Counted from the first letter of the stretch, positions 49,576 to 63,920 are shown. The stretch is 64,000 nucleotides of DNA from Narcine bancroftii (GCF_036971445.1 NC_091471.1:183582001-183646000), one strand, 5' to 3'. Numbers and translations: made by a program. Notes: generated from the letters alone by a model not told the origin.

Positions 49576-50152
49576 CAGTAGAAATACAAAAATCCAGACT
49601 GCTTGGGGATTAGATCTGTTCGGATTTTCTGGATTCTTGGGCAGTACTTTTAAAATTCAAATTTAAGGAGGAGTGAAGAGGCAAACAGGTAAATTTTAAT
49701 AGTTTATTCATTAGCAAATACAGCATGCTTCATTTATCAAAACATGCAGCTTTAAAGAAAAATAAAGTTAACACGACAAAAATGTAAAGAAATTTTTTTC
49801 ACTACAGAAAAAAGCATGTAATACTTGAAATTATTAGAACACTATTGCTCACACCCTGTTCCCGTTTCTGAATTATTTCAAGTTTGTCACTCAATTTCAA
49901 TGTGTTCTTCTTTCCCTTCACACTATGATATTTATCTACTTTAGGATCCATTATTCTGGGTTTATAAATATGTGTGCTATATATGGAAATGGAAAGAATA
50001 GGATCGCTTGTTGCCGCTGTGCATCTGTGGTGCTTGAGCGTCCACGCACATGCACAAAAACCCACTAGATTTAAAAAGTTAGAGAGTTTTTGAAAAGTCC
50101 AGATTCTCAGGAGGTCCAAATTTCTGGCTTCTGGATTTTTGAACTTCTACTG
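49576..50152 (-). mobile_element. Tigger/pogo internal-deletion derivative
   Basis: 23-bp TIRs cagtagaaatacaaaaatccaga and tctggatttttgaacttctactg. Retains the psq/CENP-B HTH start MDPK...KKNTLKLSDKLEIIQKREQGVS. Confidence 0.8.
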
Positions 50153-50265
50153 AAAACAACAATCACTGGGCTCACTTAAATGGTAGATTTTGGAATAATG
50201 ATAATTTGTCATTTTGATGAAATTAAAGGACAATTTATAACAGTAAACTGTGTTTTGTTTCACAG

Positions 50266-50324
50266 ATCATCAGTTTATTAAATGTATTTACACCCCAAAA
50301 ATCGTTAGATGACTTCCAGGATGT
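50266..50324 (+). CDS. mapk10: MAPK10/JNK3 coding exon (subdomain IV)
   Basis: tcacag| IISLLNVFTPQKSLDDFQD(V) |gtaagt; 59 bp. IISLL distinguishes it from JNK1 (IIGLL). Confidence 0.96.
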
Positions 50325-50514
50325 GTAAGTACACCAAAATATTCTTCTTGCAGGTATTTTACATCTTTACCAGAAATGCCAGACACAGCAGCCAGCTAGA
50401 AATCCTCCAACTACTTGCCATATTTTTTTTCCAATGTCATTGTATTTTGGAATTTGCCCTAGTAATCCTTGTAATGTTGTAGCCAGTCATTTTCTAAATT
50501 TTTTTTCTGAAATT

Positions 50515-50735
50515 TAAAATTTTATTTATGGCACGGTAGAAGTCATTTCCAGCCATTTAACCCCGTGCCGCCCAATTACATTCAAATTAACCTACAACAC
50601 CAGATGTTTTGGGTGATGGGAGGAAACTGGGCACCAGAGGAAAGCCCACACAGACATGTACAAACTCCTTACAGACAGTGACAGATTTGAACCTGGGTGC
50701 CTGGCACTGTAATAACATTGCACTAACTGCTACTT
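50515..50735 (-). mobile_element. V-SINE
   Basis: Reverse V-domain core (gggaggaaactgggcacc...acaaactccttacagacag) and B box. Confidence 0.75.
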
Positions 50736-51284
50736 TAATCTTGACACCCACTATTACTATATAAATGTTGCAGAATGACAAGTATTTCATTTATAGTTTC
50801 ATCATTGTTTGTTGTCACTGAATACTTAAGTGGGTTTCCTACATAATATTGTAAGATAAGGTCATTTTACCTATGAAGCCACTAAGGGACTACATTTCAC
50901 ATTTAAATTTTGATTTGTCTATGTTTTCTTGTCCAAGATTTAATAATGACATTCTTTCTCTAAATATTTAATTGAGATCAGACAGACCCAAAGGCCCATC
51001 ATCATAGAGGCTATTTCCTCTCTCCATTGACCTTATCATGTACATTAGGCAACGGGTGTTCAATCGAGGAGAGCTTCTCCACAGACTGTGAGCAAACATT
51101 CGCCTCAGTAACTTTAATTCATGGAAGAACTTCCTTGCAGAAGCAATTAATAAAACATGTTGCTGTACACTGCTCCTTACTATTGAAGCCCTAGAGGTAA
51201 AGTGGTTCTTGCAAGAGATCAACTATATACAATATGGGAGTTTGATTTGCCAAGATATGTCCCATTCTGATGTTTACACTCTGC

Positions 51285-51500
51285 AGACGCTATTACAGTG
51301 TCAGCGACCCAGGTTCGAATCCTGCACTGTCTGTAAGGAGTTTGTCCATTCTCTCCATGTCTGCGTGGGTTTTCCCCATGTGGTCCGGTTTCCTCCCACC
51401 CTTAAGAATGTACAAGGTTGTGAGTTAATTTAGGTGTAATTGAGCAGTAGAGGTTTAAATGGCCAGAATTGTCTTCTACTGTATTGTGAATAAAAATTTT
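51285..51500 (+). mobile_element. V-SINE
   Basis: B box ggttcgaatcc (51312-51322) plus V-domain core. Confidence 0.8.
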
Positions 51501-51944
51501 AAATGTAATGTTGCTTCAACTTGCGAGCTTCCAGTATGCTCTGTTATTTTTTTCAGATTTCCAGTGTCTGCTGCATTTTCTCAAGTAAATTTAGGAGCAG
51601 GATTTTAAGTGTGATAAACCTAGAAGGAAATAAAAACTACAAAAAGATGAGGGAGATAAAGATACGGCCAAGAAGGTGGAAAAATATTTCTGTTCTAAGG
51701 GATCTCAGCCCCAGATCGGGAGTAATTTGCAAGGATGAGGTCAATTTGGACACAAAGGGAGCTATTGTTTGCCTGTAGCCTGGTTGGTGCCATCCCAATA
51801 AATGTGATTTATTATGGGGCTCCCAAAGTCTGACCATCCACATGTTCCTGCTCCCTTCAGTTCCCTGATCTTCTAAAGGTTAGGCCCTACTGCCTCCATT
51901 GTCAAATGGCCGGGTATAGAATCAACCTTTATCAGAATGTTCAG

Positions 51945-52310
51945 AAGTAAAACACAAAAAATCTGCCAACACTGTGGTTAAAATAGAAATATAATACTGG
52001 AGAAACTCAGCAGGTCAAACAGTATATTTCATTTCACCAAGATAAAGATACATAACTAATGTTTTGGGTTTGAGCCCTTCATCAAGGTATGGACAATATG
52101 TGGAGGGCTCTTGAACAAAATGGAAGGCATGGGGGCAGGAGGAGGAGCACAGTCCCACAGGCACAGGGTAATAGAAGGATAAAGGTGGAAGGGCACACCA
52201 GCAAGCAAGGGGATGGAGATGGCTCCGTGAATGTAGAGGGAAGGGGCTGAAGAACTGGAGGAAGAAAGACAGAGGCATGGAGAAGAGGGAAGAGATATGG
52301 CGAGTGAGCT
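51945..52310 (-). mobile_element. Penelope-like pLTR
   Basis: Same pLTR as 1150-1450. Minus strand ATACC-TTGATGA-AGGGCTCAAACCC-AAAACATT. Confidence 0.7.
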
Positions 52311-53109
52311 AGCAGGATGTTCAGAGGCAGATCTGAGGACTGGTGTTGGTTGGGCTGCGTTGAGTCCTGAGGAAAAGGGATGGTGATGGTCAGGGAGCAC
52401 CTGGCCAGCCGAAGAAGTGGAGAGCAATGCCGGGGACAGTCAGTGGGTACTTCACATGTTGACTGAACTCCCAGGCCCATCAATCTCTTGCATCTTGTGA
52501 TGGATGCTCCTGCATTCCCCATTCTTTTTGCTGCAAAGTTCTGACCAGCCCAAAGATCTCTCAATGTTAATCATCTCAAAAATGCTTAATACCATTAAAT
52601 GGGTGCAGTGTCTTTTAAATTTAATTGGAAATATGCTTAATGACTGAAATGTAATCAGAATGTAATGGGATATTCTAATCTATCACCTGTGAATAAATCA
52701 ATAATCAATGAATGGAAGTGCCTTTAAAATATATAGGCTTGTTGTGTGCTTTTTGTTTGTAAATTAGAAAGAAATTCTCACCAAAAGACTTTTATCCCTT
52801 GCTATTCCTGTTGAGCCAACCTCATTTTGAGAGACTTGCTAAATCCTGGAGATAAGCGCCGTTAACAGTCAGATGTCATATTGCGATGGATTTGATCATA
52901 GCCAGTGTTTTCGACAAGGCTGTATCTCTGGTGGAAACTTTTATCAAAAGCTGCAAAGGATTTTAGAATATCCGTTTGGACATAAAATTCTGCAATAAAC
53001 AGGAAATGAGAGTGGAAATTCATGCTTCTTCAGTCATAATCTTATAGTTCACATGAACACACACCAAGGGCTGATTTTTTTTTTAATTTGAGAAGACGCA
53101 CAAAAAATC

Positions 53110-53372
53110 ATGGCTCCTTTCCTCCAGCTCTCCACCTGCCCCTTTTCTCTGTTGTGCCCTCCCTCTCATATCCACCTATTACCTCTTGCCTGTGGGCCTA
53201 CCCCGTCCCTCTCTCCCCCACCATTTTATTCAGGTGCCTTCCTCCATTTTGCTCATGAAGGGCTCAAGCCCAAAACATTGCGTATAAAGTAAACCGTTGG
53301 ACCTGCTGAATTTCTCCAGCTTTATCTTTTTTACTTCAATCACTGGGTCTGCAAACTTTTGTGTTTTACTAC
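53110..53372 (+). mobile_element. Penelope-like pLTR
   Basis: catgaagggctcaagcccaaaacattg...gacctgctgaatttctccagc. Confidence 0.65.
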
Positions 53373-54655
53373 ACAGAAAATACATTTGCTTTTAGTTTAA
53401 ATACTCAGGAATTGCTGACTGGTTAGAGCACAGTGAAGAAATTAAAGACTCAAAGAACTACAGTAGGTGCCCCAAATAGAAGTGAGCATCATTGGGTTGA
53501 ATGTTACACGCTGAAAGAAGGTAACTATATCTGATTAGTGATTATTCCGGGGTTGCGTAACTATCTCATGTGGCTATACGCCCCTTATCCCTGTAAGAAG
53601 TTGAACGCAGACTGCTCTTGATTAGTGATTGTTAGCAGGCAACCCAAAAACAAGATCCCATGAATCCAGAAGCACAATATTGTAGATGCAAGCAGTCTAA
53701 AATCTCTCGATTCTTCAAATTTGTTTTCTATAGTGGTGAGCCTGGCGGTGGGAGAGTAGGGGCACCAGTTGCCTCCCTCTGCCTGTTTAATTTTCTATGT
53801 GGCAGCCTTTTCATTGTTGTTTCTGCAACAGCTGCACCTGACTGACAGTTCATCAGATTGGAATAATGTAATTGGAGACTGCAACAGCCTTCTGCAGACT
53901 AGAAATACTCCAGAATAAAGTACTGTGCTGCACATTAATCTTCATGTACGCATGTCGTACATAGCTTGTCTTATGACAGACTCATCACTCATTGGAAAAC
54001 CAATAGAATAACTGCATTATCACTGTAGAACAACAGTTCAAATCATGCATCTCTGCCACATGTCAGAAATTCTAACACACATCTTGGAGAGTGGATGATG
54101 TAAATGCGAATGGAAACATCTGTATCTTGAGTGAAAATGGGTTTTTTAATTGACTGAGAGATCCTTAGGACTCCCTGAGCACCTGTGAAATCTGGTTTGA
54201 TATTGCTTTAGTATTACGTAATGTGGAGTTCTCAACAAAACTGTATGAAACCTCCTCTCCCTGTACATCTCCCATAGGTTCTCTCTGGACTCAGATCAGA
54301 CCCTATGTCTGAAGCTTTCCTGCAGCCTCAGGGTACCAAAGTGCACTTTCAAATACAAAACTTACTGACCATTTCCTCAGTTGCGTAAATTACTGACCCT
54401 TGCCTGTGCTGAATGTTGCTGTTACATGTAACATTTGGTCTTGAGGAAGGACACTTTGGTGGGAATATAAGATAACTAGCTTTGCTGCATTGTATTCTGT
54501 TGCTAGGCACCATTGATTAATTTGCCCAGCTGCGGAATAAATTCAATTCACAAACATCTCCAAAAGGAAGAAAATTAAGGATAACATTTATTTAAAAAAT
54601 TCTTGAATGCAGATGCCATGTGTGTTAAGTTCTACTTCAATCAAAGACTGCCTAA

Positions 54656-54904
<249 letters not shown>

Positions 54905-55029
54905 TAGGACGTCTGCTTTAGTACTTGATATGTGTAAAATATTTGGTCAGTTATAAATGAAAACAAAAAAATCTTGAAGATGCTGGAAATCTGAATCAAA
55001 AACCGAATATGCCACAACGTTGTGGCATC

Positions 55030-55330
55030 TTGGGTTGGATCTGTAGAGGAGTTTAATTGTACAAGGTGAACCAGCATTTGAGAGGGTGCTAAGGGCAAGA
55101 AGAGCTCCTGAAGGTCCCTGGGTGCTGAAAGGTCCCTCATCATGTCAGAGGCTTTATTCTGGGCTCAGGAATGCTGGAGGTCAATCCAGGAACACTGAGT
55201 GACTCTCGTTTCCTTCTCTTTCTCTAACTGTAAGGGACACCAGGCAATGCTGATGGCAAATCTTTCTTTGCCTTATGGCATATTGAAGGTAGGTTTGTGT
55301 AATATTACATTTCTATTTTATTACATGGCC
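55030..55330 (+). mobile_element. Unclassified non-autonomous retroposon, copy 3
   Basis: Homologous to 6165-6520 and 44400-44995. Flanked by Penelope-like tail remnants. Confidence 0.55.
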
Positions 55331-56489
55331 GTATATAGTTCTGAAGTGCTCTTCATCAGAACAGTTCTAGTAAAGATTCTCTGACCTGAAACATCAACTC
55401 AGTTTCTCCTTCTACAGATACAGGCTGACTTGTTGAACATTTCTACCATTTGCTAGCATTGTAGATGGCCAACAAAAAAATCCTTTAAGATTTAATGTGA
55501 TTGATTTTCCAGTAAATTTCATAGCTATATATATAGATCTGTACATATATATAGATACATAGAGAGAGAGAGATCAGATTTTATTTTGCATGGCCTTAAT
55601 AAAGTGAATTAAGGTCATTCTAGAGACTAATTTAAAACTGCGATCATAATTTCAATATAATTGAATGTGTTCCATGCTCTAAACAATTTCATTTGTATGC
55701 ACTGATTTATTTATTTTCTTTTAATTATGTGATACAGCACATAATTGTGGCCCTTCTGGTCCATGAGCCACAGCGCCCAAATAGACCCAAGTGATCTATT
55801 TACTTCCAATTTTCACCCCGTGCATCATTGGATCATAAAAAGAAACTGAAGCACCTGGAATAAACCCCCACAGACAGTGGTGGATTTGAACTCAGGTTGA
55901 TGGTGATAAAATTACATTGTGCGGCCTCCTGTGTTCACCATGCCATGCCCAATTATATTAAATTTGTGTTGCATAACTTGTATTGCATCAAATAGAGTGC
56001 AGGTATTCACATGTCCTGTTCCTCTGGGTCACACAATCAATAAATTAGCTACCGGGCCACAATTATTTTCAATGACAGGCTTAATCAGATAAAAGTGAGT
56101 GACTTAAATAAGAAGCTCATTGTTGGGACAGATGGGGGTGGATGGGAGTAGAGCTGAGGGAGCTGGAAGTTCCCATGTACATCTCAGAGCTGAATCAGAA
56201 GTAGGTTCTTTAAAATGTCAGGGCAAGCACTTATCTGAATGAAGGGTTGGATGGTCCAGCAGGGAGTGAGAACATTTTCGTGGATCCATATAAATATTAA
56301 AACATCTTTGCTGACTATTGATAGAATTGCCCGGTGGGACATTAAATTGCCAGTGATCCGTGAGATCTCAGAGGAAAGAAAATGAAGTGGCTACAGCAGC
56401 AGAGAGGTTAAGTTATTGGACAATTATCCAGAAGCCTGGCTAATTGACATAAAGACTTGAATTTAAATTACACTAAGTGCAACATAGAA

Positions 56490-57045
56490 TCTAGGCCATA
56501 GAACAGGAAGAGTATCGTCAACCCATAACATCTGTGCTGAACATGATGCCAAGTTAAACTATAACCCTCACCTGCCTGCACATGGTCAATTCTCCTCCAT
56601 TTCCAACGTAGTCTAGCGTCCACTTATAACCTCTTAAGCACCAGATTGTGTCTGCTTCTACCATTACCTCTGGTGGCCTGTTCCAAACACCCCAACCCCT
56701 CTATGTAAAAAAAAAACTTGCCTTACACATCATCTTTAAAATTTTCCCCTCCCACCTTCAGTGCATGCCCTCGAGTATTTGACACTTTTACCCAGGGTAA
56801 ATCATTTGGACTGTCTACCCTATCTATGCCTCTTTTAATTCTATCAACTTCTTTCTACCAGGCTTCCCTTCAGCATCCAACACTCCAGAGAAAACAACCC
56901 AATTTTGTCCAAGTGAGAGAGGAGAGGGAGTTTGTCCAACATCACCTTGACACTCACATTGTCTATTCCAGGCTGCATCCTGGCAGATCTATTCTGAACC
57001 CATTCCAAAACATCCTTGGTGTAAAGGGACGGCCAGAATTGCAAA
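56490..57045 (-). mobile_element. CR1 3' fragment
   Basis: KDVLEWVQNRSARMQPG...LDKIGLFSLE. Confidence 0.7.
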
Positions 57046-57359
57046 GGTCAAGATTAAAATTTATTGTCAGATTATATACATGACATCACATAAAACCATG
57101 AGATTCTCTTTCCTTCAGGTCAGGCAGAAATTCTACTTATCAGCAGAGCAAACTATACTCAAGGAAATGATACATACACAAAAGAGAGAAAATAAACAAA
57201 GAAAGAAATTAAACAAACTGACTGCAAATAGAGAAAACATAATATTCAGTAATAAATAATAGAACCTATGTTTCAATAATCTAAATGCAAGGAATTAAGC
57301 TGCATAGGGGACAAGGGAGAGGGTGGGGATGAAGCTTCTACCCATGTAACCACTAGATC

Positions 57360-58680
57360 ATGCCAAAAATATACCTGGTCAGGGTACTGAAGGACTGTGC
57401 AGACCATTTGATGGAGGTATTCACGGACATCTTCAATACCACTGGGGCAGTCCATCATCCCCACAGGGTTCAAGATATCCACCATCATCCTGGTACCCAA
57501 GAGGGCAACAATAACATGCCTCAATGACTACCACTCTATGACACTGACACCATTATGAAATACTTCAAGCACACCTCCCAGAGATACTGGTTCCATTTCA
57601 TTTCACCTATTCCACAGACAATGCTGTAGGCTTGTCCCTTCACTCTGTCCTGACTAACCTGGAAAACAATGCCAGCCTGTTGTTCATCGACTTCAGCTCA
57701 TCATTTAATATAATAATTCCCCAGAGGCTGGTGGTGAAGCTGCTCTTGCTGGGGCTCAAAACACCTCTCTGTAACTGGATTCTCGACTTGCTAATGGAAA
57801 GACACCAGTTTGACCGGTTGGTAGCAGAACTTCGAGCATGATCACGCTGAACACTGGCACACCTTAGGGCTGTGTGCTCAGACTGCTCCTGTACACACTA
57901 CTGACCCACGACTGCTTTACAAGATCCAACTCCAGCAGTGTCATGAAACTTGCAAATGAAACAGCAGTAGCTGGCCTCAACATCAACAACAATGAGTTAC
58001 ACTACTGAGAAGAGGAGGGAAAACTCATGATGTGGTACGAGAGTAACTACCTGAGTCTCACTGTGGACAAGATGAAGGAAATGATTGCTGAGTTCATGAG
58101 GACCAGGAACAAACATCCTCCACCACTCATCAATACCTTTGTAGTGGAGAGTGTGTGGAGAGCACCAAGTTCCTTGGAGATCACTTGACTAGTAACTTAT
58201 TGTGGACACACAAAATCTTCTCATTTGTCAGAAAAGTGCAACAGCCACTGCACTTCCTGAGAAGACTGAATGAAGTAGGCAAGGTTTCTGGCCACCATTA
58301 TGTCAACCTTCTACAGGAGCTCTACTGAGATTGTTCTGGCCAGCTGCATCACAGTGTGGTACCGTTGCTGAAGATAAATGGATTGGAGGTCAATCCACAG
58401 GACACAGCATCACCAGGCTGAGGAACAGCTTCTTCTTACGGGCATTGAGAATGCTGAATGACCACATGACCATCCGAGAGACTCATATCGATGAAGCAAT
58501 ATTTATTTATTTATTTATCTGTACATATGAATACTTGTACTTCATATGTATTGTTTGTCTGTATTGTGTGCTATGTTTGGTTGGGTGTCCAGGTATTTTG
58601 CACTGAGGACCAGAGAACGCTGTTTCATCAGGTTGTACTTGTACAATCAGATGATAATAGGCTTAACTTGACTTGATAAC
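57360..58680 (+). mobile_element. Rex1/Babar-type LINE fragment
   Basis: LLFIDFSSSFNIIIPQRLV..LCNWILDLL. 3' UTR shared with 13440-14145. Confidence 0.8.
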
Positions 58681-59507
58681 TTTTTCATGCTCTCAGGGAA
58701 GGAACCTTCCCTAATCTCCTAGCCAACCTGTGTGTTGACTTTTAATGTACTCTGAAGTAACTGAGCAAGCTGCTCAATTAGGGATTGACAATAAATGCTG
58801 TCCAAGTGGAGAATGTTGAAATCCCTTTGTGAAAGTAAATTCAATAAATAAAAGATGCAGGTTTCATAAAATGTTCTATTTTTAAGACAAGCTGTAAGTG
58901 GTGACGAGCAAGTTGACTGCAGACACAATGCACAAGCTCATGTTTATTGCTATATGCCCCAGGGTGCAGTGATAAATTTTGTTTGTGAATAGCCCAATGA
59001 GACATCTCATACATAGTTCAGTACAAAGTTCAGAGTTCAGAGAGAGAGAGGGGGGTGGAACTAGTACAGAACAAAGGCAACATTATTTTACTATTGTGAG
59101 ATTCATTCCGGAGTCTGATAATGGGCGGGAAAGAAACTGTCCTCAATACTGATTGAGCATGACCTCCCACTCATGAATCTCTTCCTGATCTGGGGGGTAA
59201 AGAGAATGTAACCAGGGTGGAATGAGTCTTTTAGTATGTGGTTACTTTACTGAGGCAGCAGGAAGTGTTGATGGAAGAGGGGAGGGGGTTGCGTGTTAGA
59301 TTTAGCCATATTCATAACTCAAAGGGTTCCACTGCAAATTTCACCACATTGTCACAATATCTTGTCCCATAAAACAGCCCTTTCTTTCCTCCATAAAGAT
59401 TTCATTGTAAATTCTGAATGAATCCTCTGTTCCAAAAGCCTACAGATTAGGAGAACAGATTTTGGAATAATATTTAGACTAGTTGCATTGGATGAGACCA
59501 CATAAAT

Positions 59508-60640
59508 CTTTGGCTTGGCTTCGCGGACGAAGATTTATGGAGGGGGTAAAAAGTCCACGTCAGCTGCAGGCTCGTTTGTGGCTGACCAGTCCGATGCGGG
59601 ACAGGCAGACACGAATGCAGCGGTTGCAAGGGAAAATTGGTTGGTTGGGGTTGGGTGTTGGGTTTTTCCTCCTTTGCCTTTTGTCAGTGAGGTGGGCTCT
59701 GCGGTCTTCTTCAAAGGAGGCTGCTGCCCGCCAAACTGTGAGGCGCCAAGATGCACGGTTTGAGGCGTTATCAGCCCACTGGCGGTGGTCAATGTGGCAG
59801 GCACCAAGAGATTTCTTTAGGCAGTCCTTGTACCTTTTCTTTGGTGCACCTCTGTCACGGTGGCCAGTGGAGAGCTCGCCATATAATACGATCTTGGGAA
59901 GGCGATGGTCCTCCATTCTGGAGACGTGACCCATCCAGCGCAGCTGGATCTTCAGCAGCGTGGACTCGATGCTGTCGACCTCTGCCATCTCGAGTACCTC
60001 GACGTTAGGGGTGTGAGCGCTCCAATGGATGTTGAGGATGGAGCGGAGACAACGCTGGTGGAAGCGTTCTAGGAGCCGTAGGTGGTGCCGGTAGAGGACC
60101 CATGATTCGGAGCCGAACAGGAGTGTGGGTATGACAACGGCTCTGTATACGCTTATCTTTGTGAGGTTTTTCAGTTGGTTGTTTTTCCAGACTCTTTTGT
60201 GTAGTCTTCCAAAGGCGCTATTTGCCTTGGCGAGTCTGTTGTCTATCTCATTGTCGATCCTTGCATCTGATGAAATGGTGCAGCCGAGATAGGTAAACTG
60301 GTTGACCGTTTTGAGTTTTGTGTGCCCGATGGAGATGTGGGGGGGCTGGTAGTCATGGTGGGGAGCTGGCTGATGGAGGACCTCAGTTTTCTTCAGGCTG
60401 ACTTCCAGGCCAAACATTTTGGCAGTTTCCGCAAAGCAGGACGTCAAGCGCTGAAGAGCTGGCTCTGAATGGGCAACTAAAGCGGCATCATCTGCAAAGA
60501 GTAGTTCACGGACAAGTTTCTCTTGTGTCTTGGTGTGAGCTTGCAGGCGCCTCAGATTGAAGAGACTGCCATCCGTGCGGTACCGGATGTAAACAGCGTC
60601 TTCATTGTTGGGGTCTTTCATGGCTTGGTTCAGCATCATG
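59508..60640 (-). mobile_element. 5'-truncated RTE copy, almost identical to the full-length element
   Basis: Colinear with 20133-21265; I found only two substitutions by eye. 7-bp TSD cataaat (59501-59507 and 60641-60647). Confidence 0.95.
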
Positions 60641-61767
60641 CATAAATATGAGTGGTAAATATGCCTAGTCATGGCAGAATTATAGGTCAATGAGGGTTTG
60701 TCACTGAGGTTAAATATTCATCCATAGTAATTATCTGATAAGGCAGCATGCTTGGTACTATGGTGGTACCAATCTGGGAGATTATCTGGATTTTAAGACC
60801 CTAAGACCAGATGACATAGGAGCAGAAATAAGATATTCAGCCCATCGAGACTGCCCCGTCATTTAATCATGAGCTGATCCATTTTCCCACTCAGACCCAC
60901 TACTCGGACTTCTCTCCATAACCTTTGTTGCCCTGGCTAATCAAGAACCTATCAATCTTTGCCTTAAACCCACCCAATACCTTTGGAATACATCTTACTT
61001 TTATCTGTTTTAATGTCAAAGTCCCTAAGATTTCATGATGGTTTTTTCATGAGGCCATTATTTTTCCCCAAAATTTTTTCTCTCAGGGCCTGGATATTGC
61101 TCATTCATTACAATTACTTTTGACCCTTCTATTACACATGGACTGGAACCTTGGTGGATTTAAGGGGAGTGAGGAAACCTAGGATCCAGAAAGTGTTTGG
61201 GAGGAGCTTGGGAACCATGGCCCTGGTGAGTTTCAGGGGAGTGGGGGAACCAGGAAACCATTGAGTCTCGGTGGGAGAATGAGAATAATAGCTGCCCAGG
61301 TTAGTTTTGAGGGAGTGGGGGAACCAGCACTTGAGAGATTGATGCTTCATCATCAGGAATTCTGAAAGGTTAGACAATAGATTATTAGAGTCTTATTGGT
61401 GAATGTTTTAGTTAAGAATGAGTAGACCAATGTGATAGACCAATCTCTCGTTCTTATTAGGATCATCGCCCTCCGAAATTCTTTATAACCCATATTGATT
61501 CATCCAGTTGGTGTAAATGACACTGAGAAGGTGCAGGATTTCATTTTCTCTCCACCCCAGCTGAGCTACTCTCAGCGCCAGTTGAACCCTGGCATTCCTG
61601 TTAGAATGAGCAATAATGAGCTCATTGTTTCCTCAAAGTTCCATCATTTGTTGTTTTTGCATTCTTCATGGTAGTTCAGTGGTTATGTAATAATTCTGAA
61701 ACTAGATTACTAATTCAGGAAACAAACGGCAAATCTAGAAAGGTTCATGTTCATAAAACAACATTAA

Positions 61768-62034
<267 letters not shown>

Positions 62035-62984
62035 TGATATATTTTGCATATTTTGGAGCATCCTGTTAGATTGAAAATCTGGTGCATGTTTTTTTTCAAT
62101 GAAAGCTTTCTAGTTATTAACAAAATCTGCTTGATAATTGTTTTGATATGAAGCAATTATTTTAATAGGCGTTGAACTTATTAACACCACCAGTAACTTG
62201 AGTGAGGGCCAAAAATGGCAAGTACTTGATGGACCAAATGGCCTCCTCTGTGCCTCATGATTCTGAACTAATCTCATCTGAACAGTCTCTATGCTCAGTA
62301 ACCATGCAGCTCAAAATGATGGCCATCCTAACTCAATCCTCTGATTGGCCTTTTGGCTTAGTTCAACTGGAAGGCTGAGAGGTGTTGAAGAGTATTGATG
62401 AGCAGAGGAAATTATGTTATCAAAGAATACATTTCCTATGAAACTGTGATCTATTTTCCTGCCAGTGTTGCCTTCAATTTATTTGATTATATGGAGAACT
62501 GTCACCACCTTTGTTATTCACTTGCCTCGCAGGTTTATTTAATCTTTTCTCTTATAGAGCAGGCAGAAGATCTGCTTCAACCTTACTCTTCAAAATGAGG
62601 AAATGAGAAAAGTGTAAGAATGCAAATTGAAAGAGAAGAGTAATTAACTGAAATCCCTTCTATTTCTTCATCAACAACTCCAATATTTTCACTCCATGAT
62701 CTAGTCATCTGTTAGTTAAGAAGATTGTTATTTCCATTCCTATTAACTACTTAGATATCCTTAAAGCAGAATTTATATTGGAAATAAGTTATAAGCTGTT
62801 TATTGTTTTGTAATCTTTCTTGCTGTTTGTAGGGAAGAAAGGTTTATTGACAGTTTTCTAACACCACATAGTCTAAGAATGATACACTTATCCTTCAAAG
62901 GATACTTGATATTATATTTCTACACAAAGACAATTATTTAATTTAACTATTTTTTCCCCAGATTTTAAATAAATGTATTTAATT

Positions 62985-63260
62985 TCAGGGATGTGTGCAT
63001 TGCTGGCAATGGCAGTATTTGTTGCCTATCTTATTGCATTTACAAAGATAGTTGTGGGCTGCTTTCTTGAACTGCTGTCCTCCTCCTGGTGAAGGTACTC
63101 CCACGGGGTTGTTGGATAGAGAATTCCAGGATATAGGCTCAGTGACAATAAAGGTCCAGCACTGCATTTCCAAATGTGCTTGGAAGGGACATGCAAGTGC
63201 TGATGTTCCAAGACTGTGTACTTCTTGGTAGGACTTCTAACAGTAATGCAGAGGGTGGTA
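62985..63260 (-). mobile_element. CR1/L2-group LINE 3' fragment
   Basis: Minus peptide SWNSLSNNPVGVPSPGGGQQFKKAAHNYL plus a short 3' UTR. Confidence 0.6.
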
Positions 63261-63458
63261 AATCTGCGGAATTTGTTGTCACAGGCTCCTGTGGGGGTCA
63301 AGTCATTGGGTGTAATTAGGGAAGAGATTGATGGGTGGTTAAAGGTGTCAAAGGTTACAGGGAGAAGGCCATAGAGTGGGGTGAATGTGAAAATGGATCA
63401 GCTCATGATTAAATGGTGAGACAGACTCGATGGGCTGAATAATCTATTTCTGCTCCTA

Positions 63459-63920
63459 CAGTCCTCTCCCCCCCCCCCCCATAATGTTTGGGACAAAGAC
63501 ATATTTTCATTTATTTGCCCCTGTGCTCCACAGTTTGAAATCAGTGATCAAACAATTCACATGTAATTAAAGGGCACATTCCAGATTTTATGAAATATTA
63601 TTTGGTTATATTTTGGTTTGACCATGTAGAAATTACACCACTTTTTATACATTGTTCCACAATTTCAGGACATCATTATGTTTGAGACATTTGACTTTAC
63701 AGGTGTTTGTAATTACTCAGTAATATTTAATTGTTTCATTGGTGCAGGTATAAGAGAACTAGGCTTGCTTCTAAGCTTTTGATCACTTTTAGAGTCTGTA
63801 GTTTCCATTTTTCAACATAAGGACCAGAGTTGTGCCAATGAAAGTCAAAGAAGCCATTATGAGGCTGAAAAGCAGGGATAAAATTGTCAGAGACATCGCC
63901 CAAACCTTACAATTGCAACT
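63459..63920 (+). mobile_element. Tc1 transposon 5' fragment (same family as 33435-35003)
   Basis: TA|cagt...ccataatgtttgggacaaagac TIR, followed by the transposase N-terminus RTRVVPMKVKEAIMRLKSRDKIVRDIAQTL. Confidence 0.85.

Noticed and set aside
55110-55130. Half REST/NRSE site (GGTGCTGAA), attractive for a neuronal gene
   Set aside because: The second half-site (GGACAG) is absent and the motif lies within a repeat copy.
59560-60690. 376-aa ORF as an independent gene
   Set aside because: It is a 5'-truncated RTE copy. The N-terminal 17 residues come from flanking DNA beyond the TSD.
61150-61330. Three degenerate ~75-bp G-rich repeats (gggagtg.gg.aacc)
   Set aside because: They are too diverged and short to assign, and are likely old minisatellite or TE debris.
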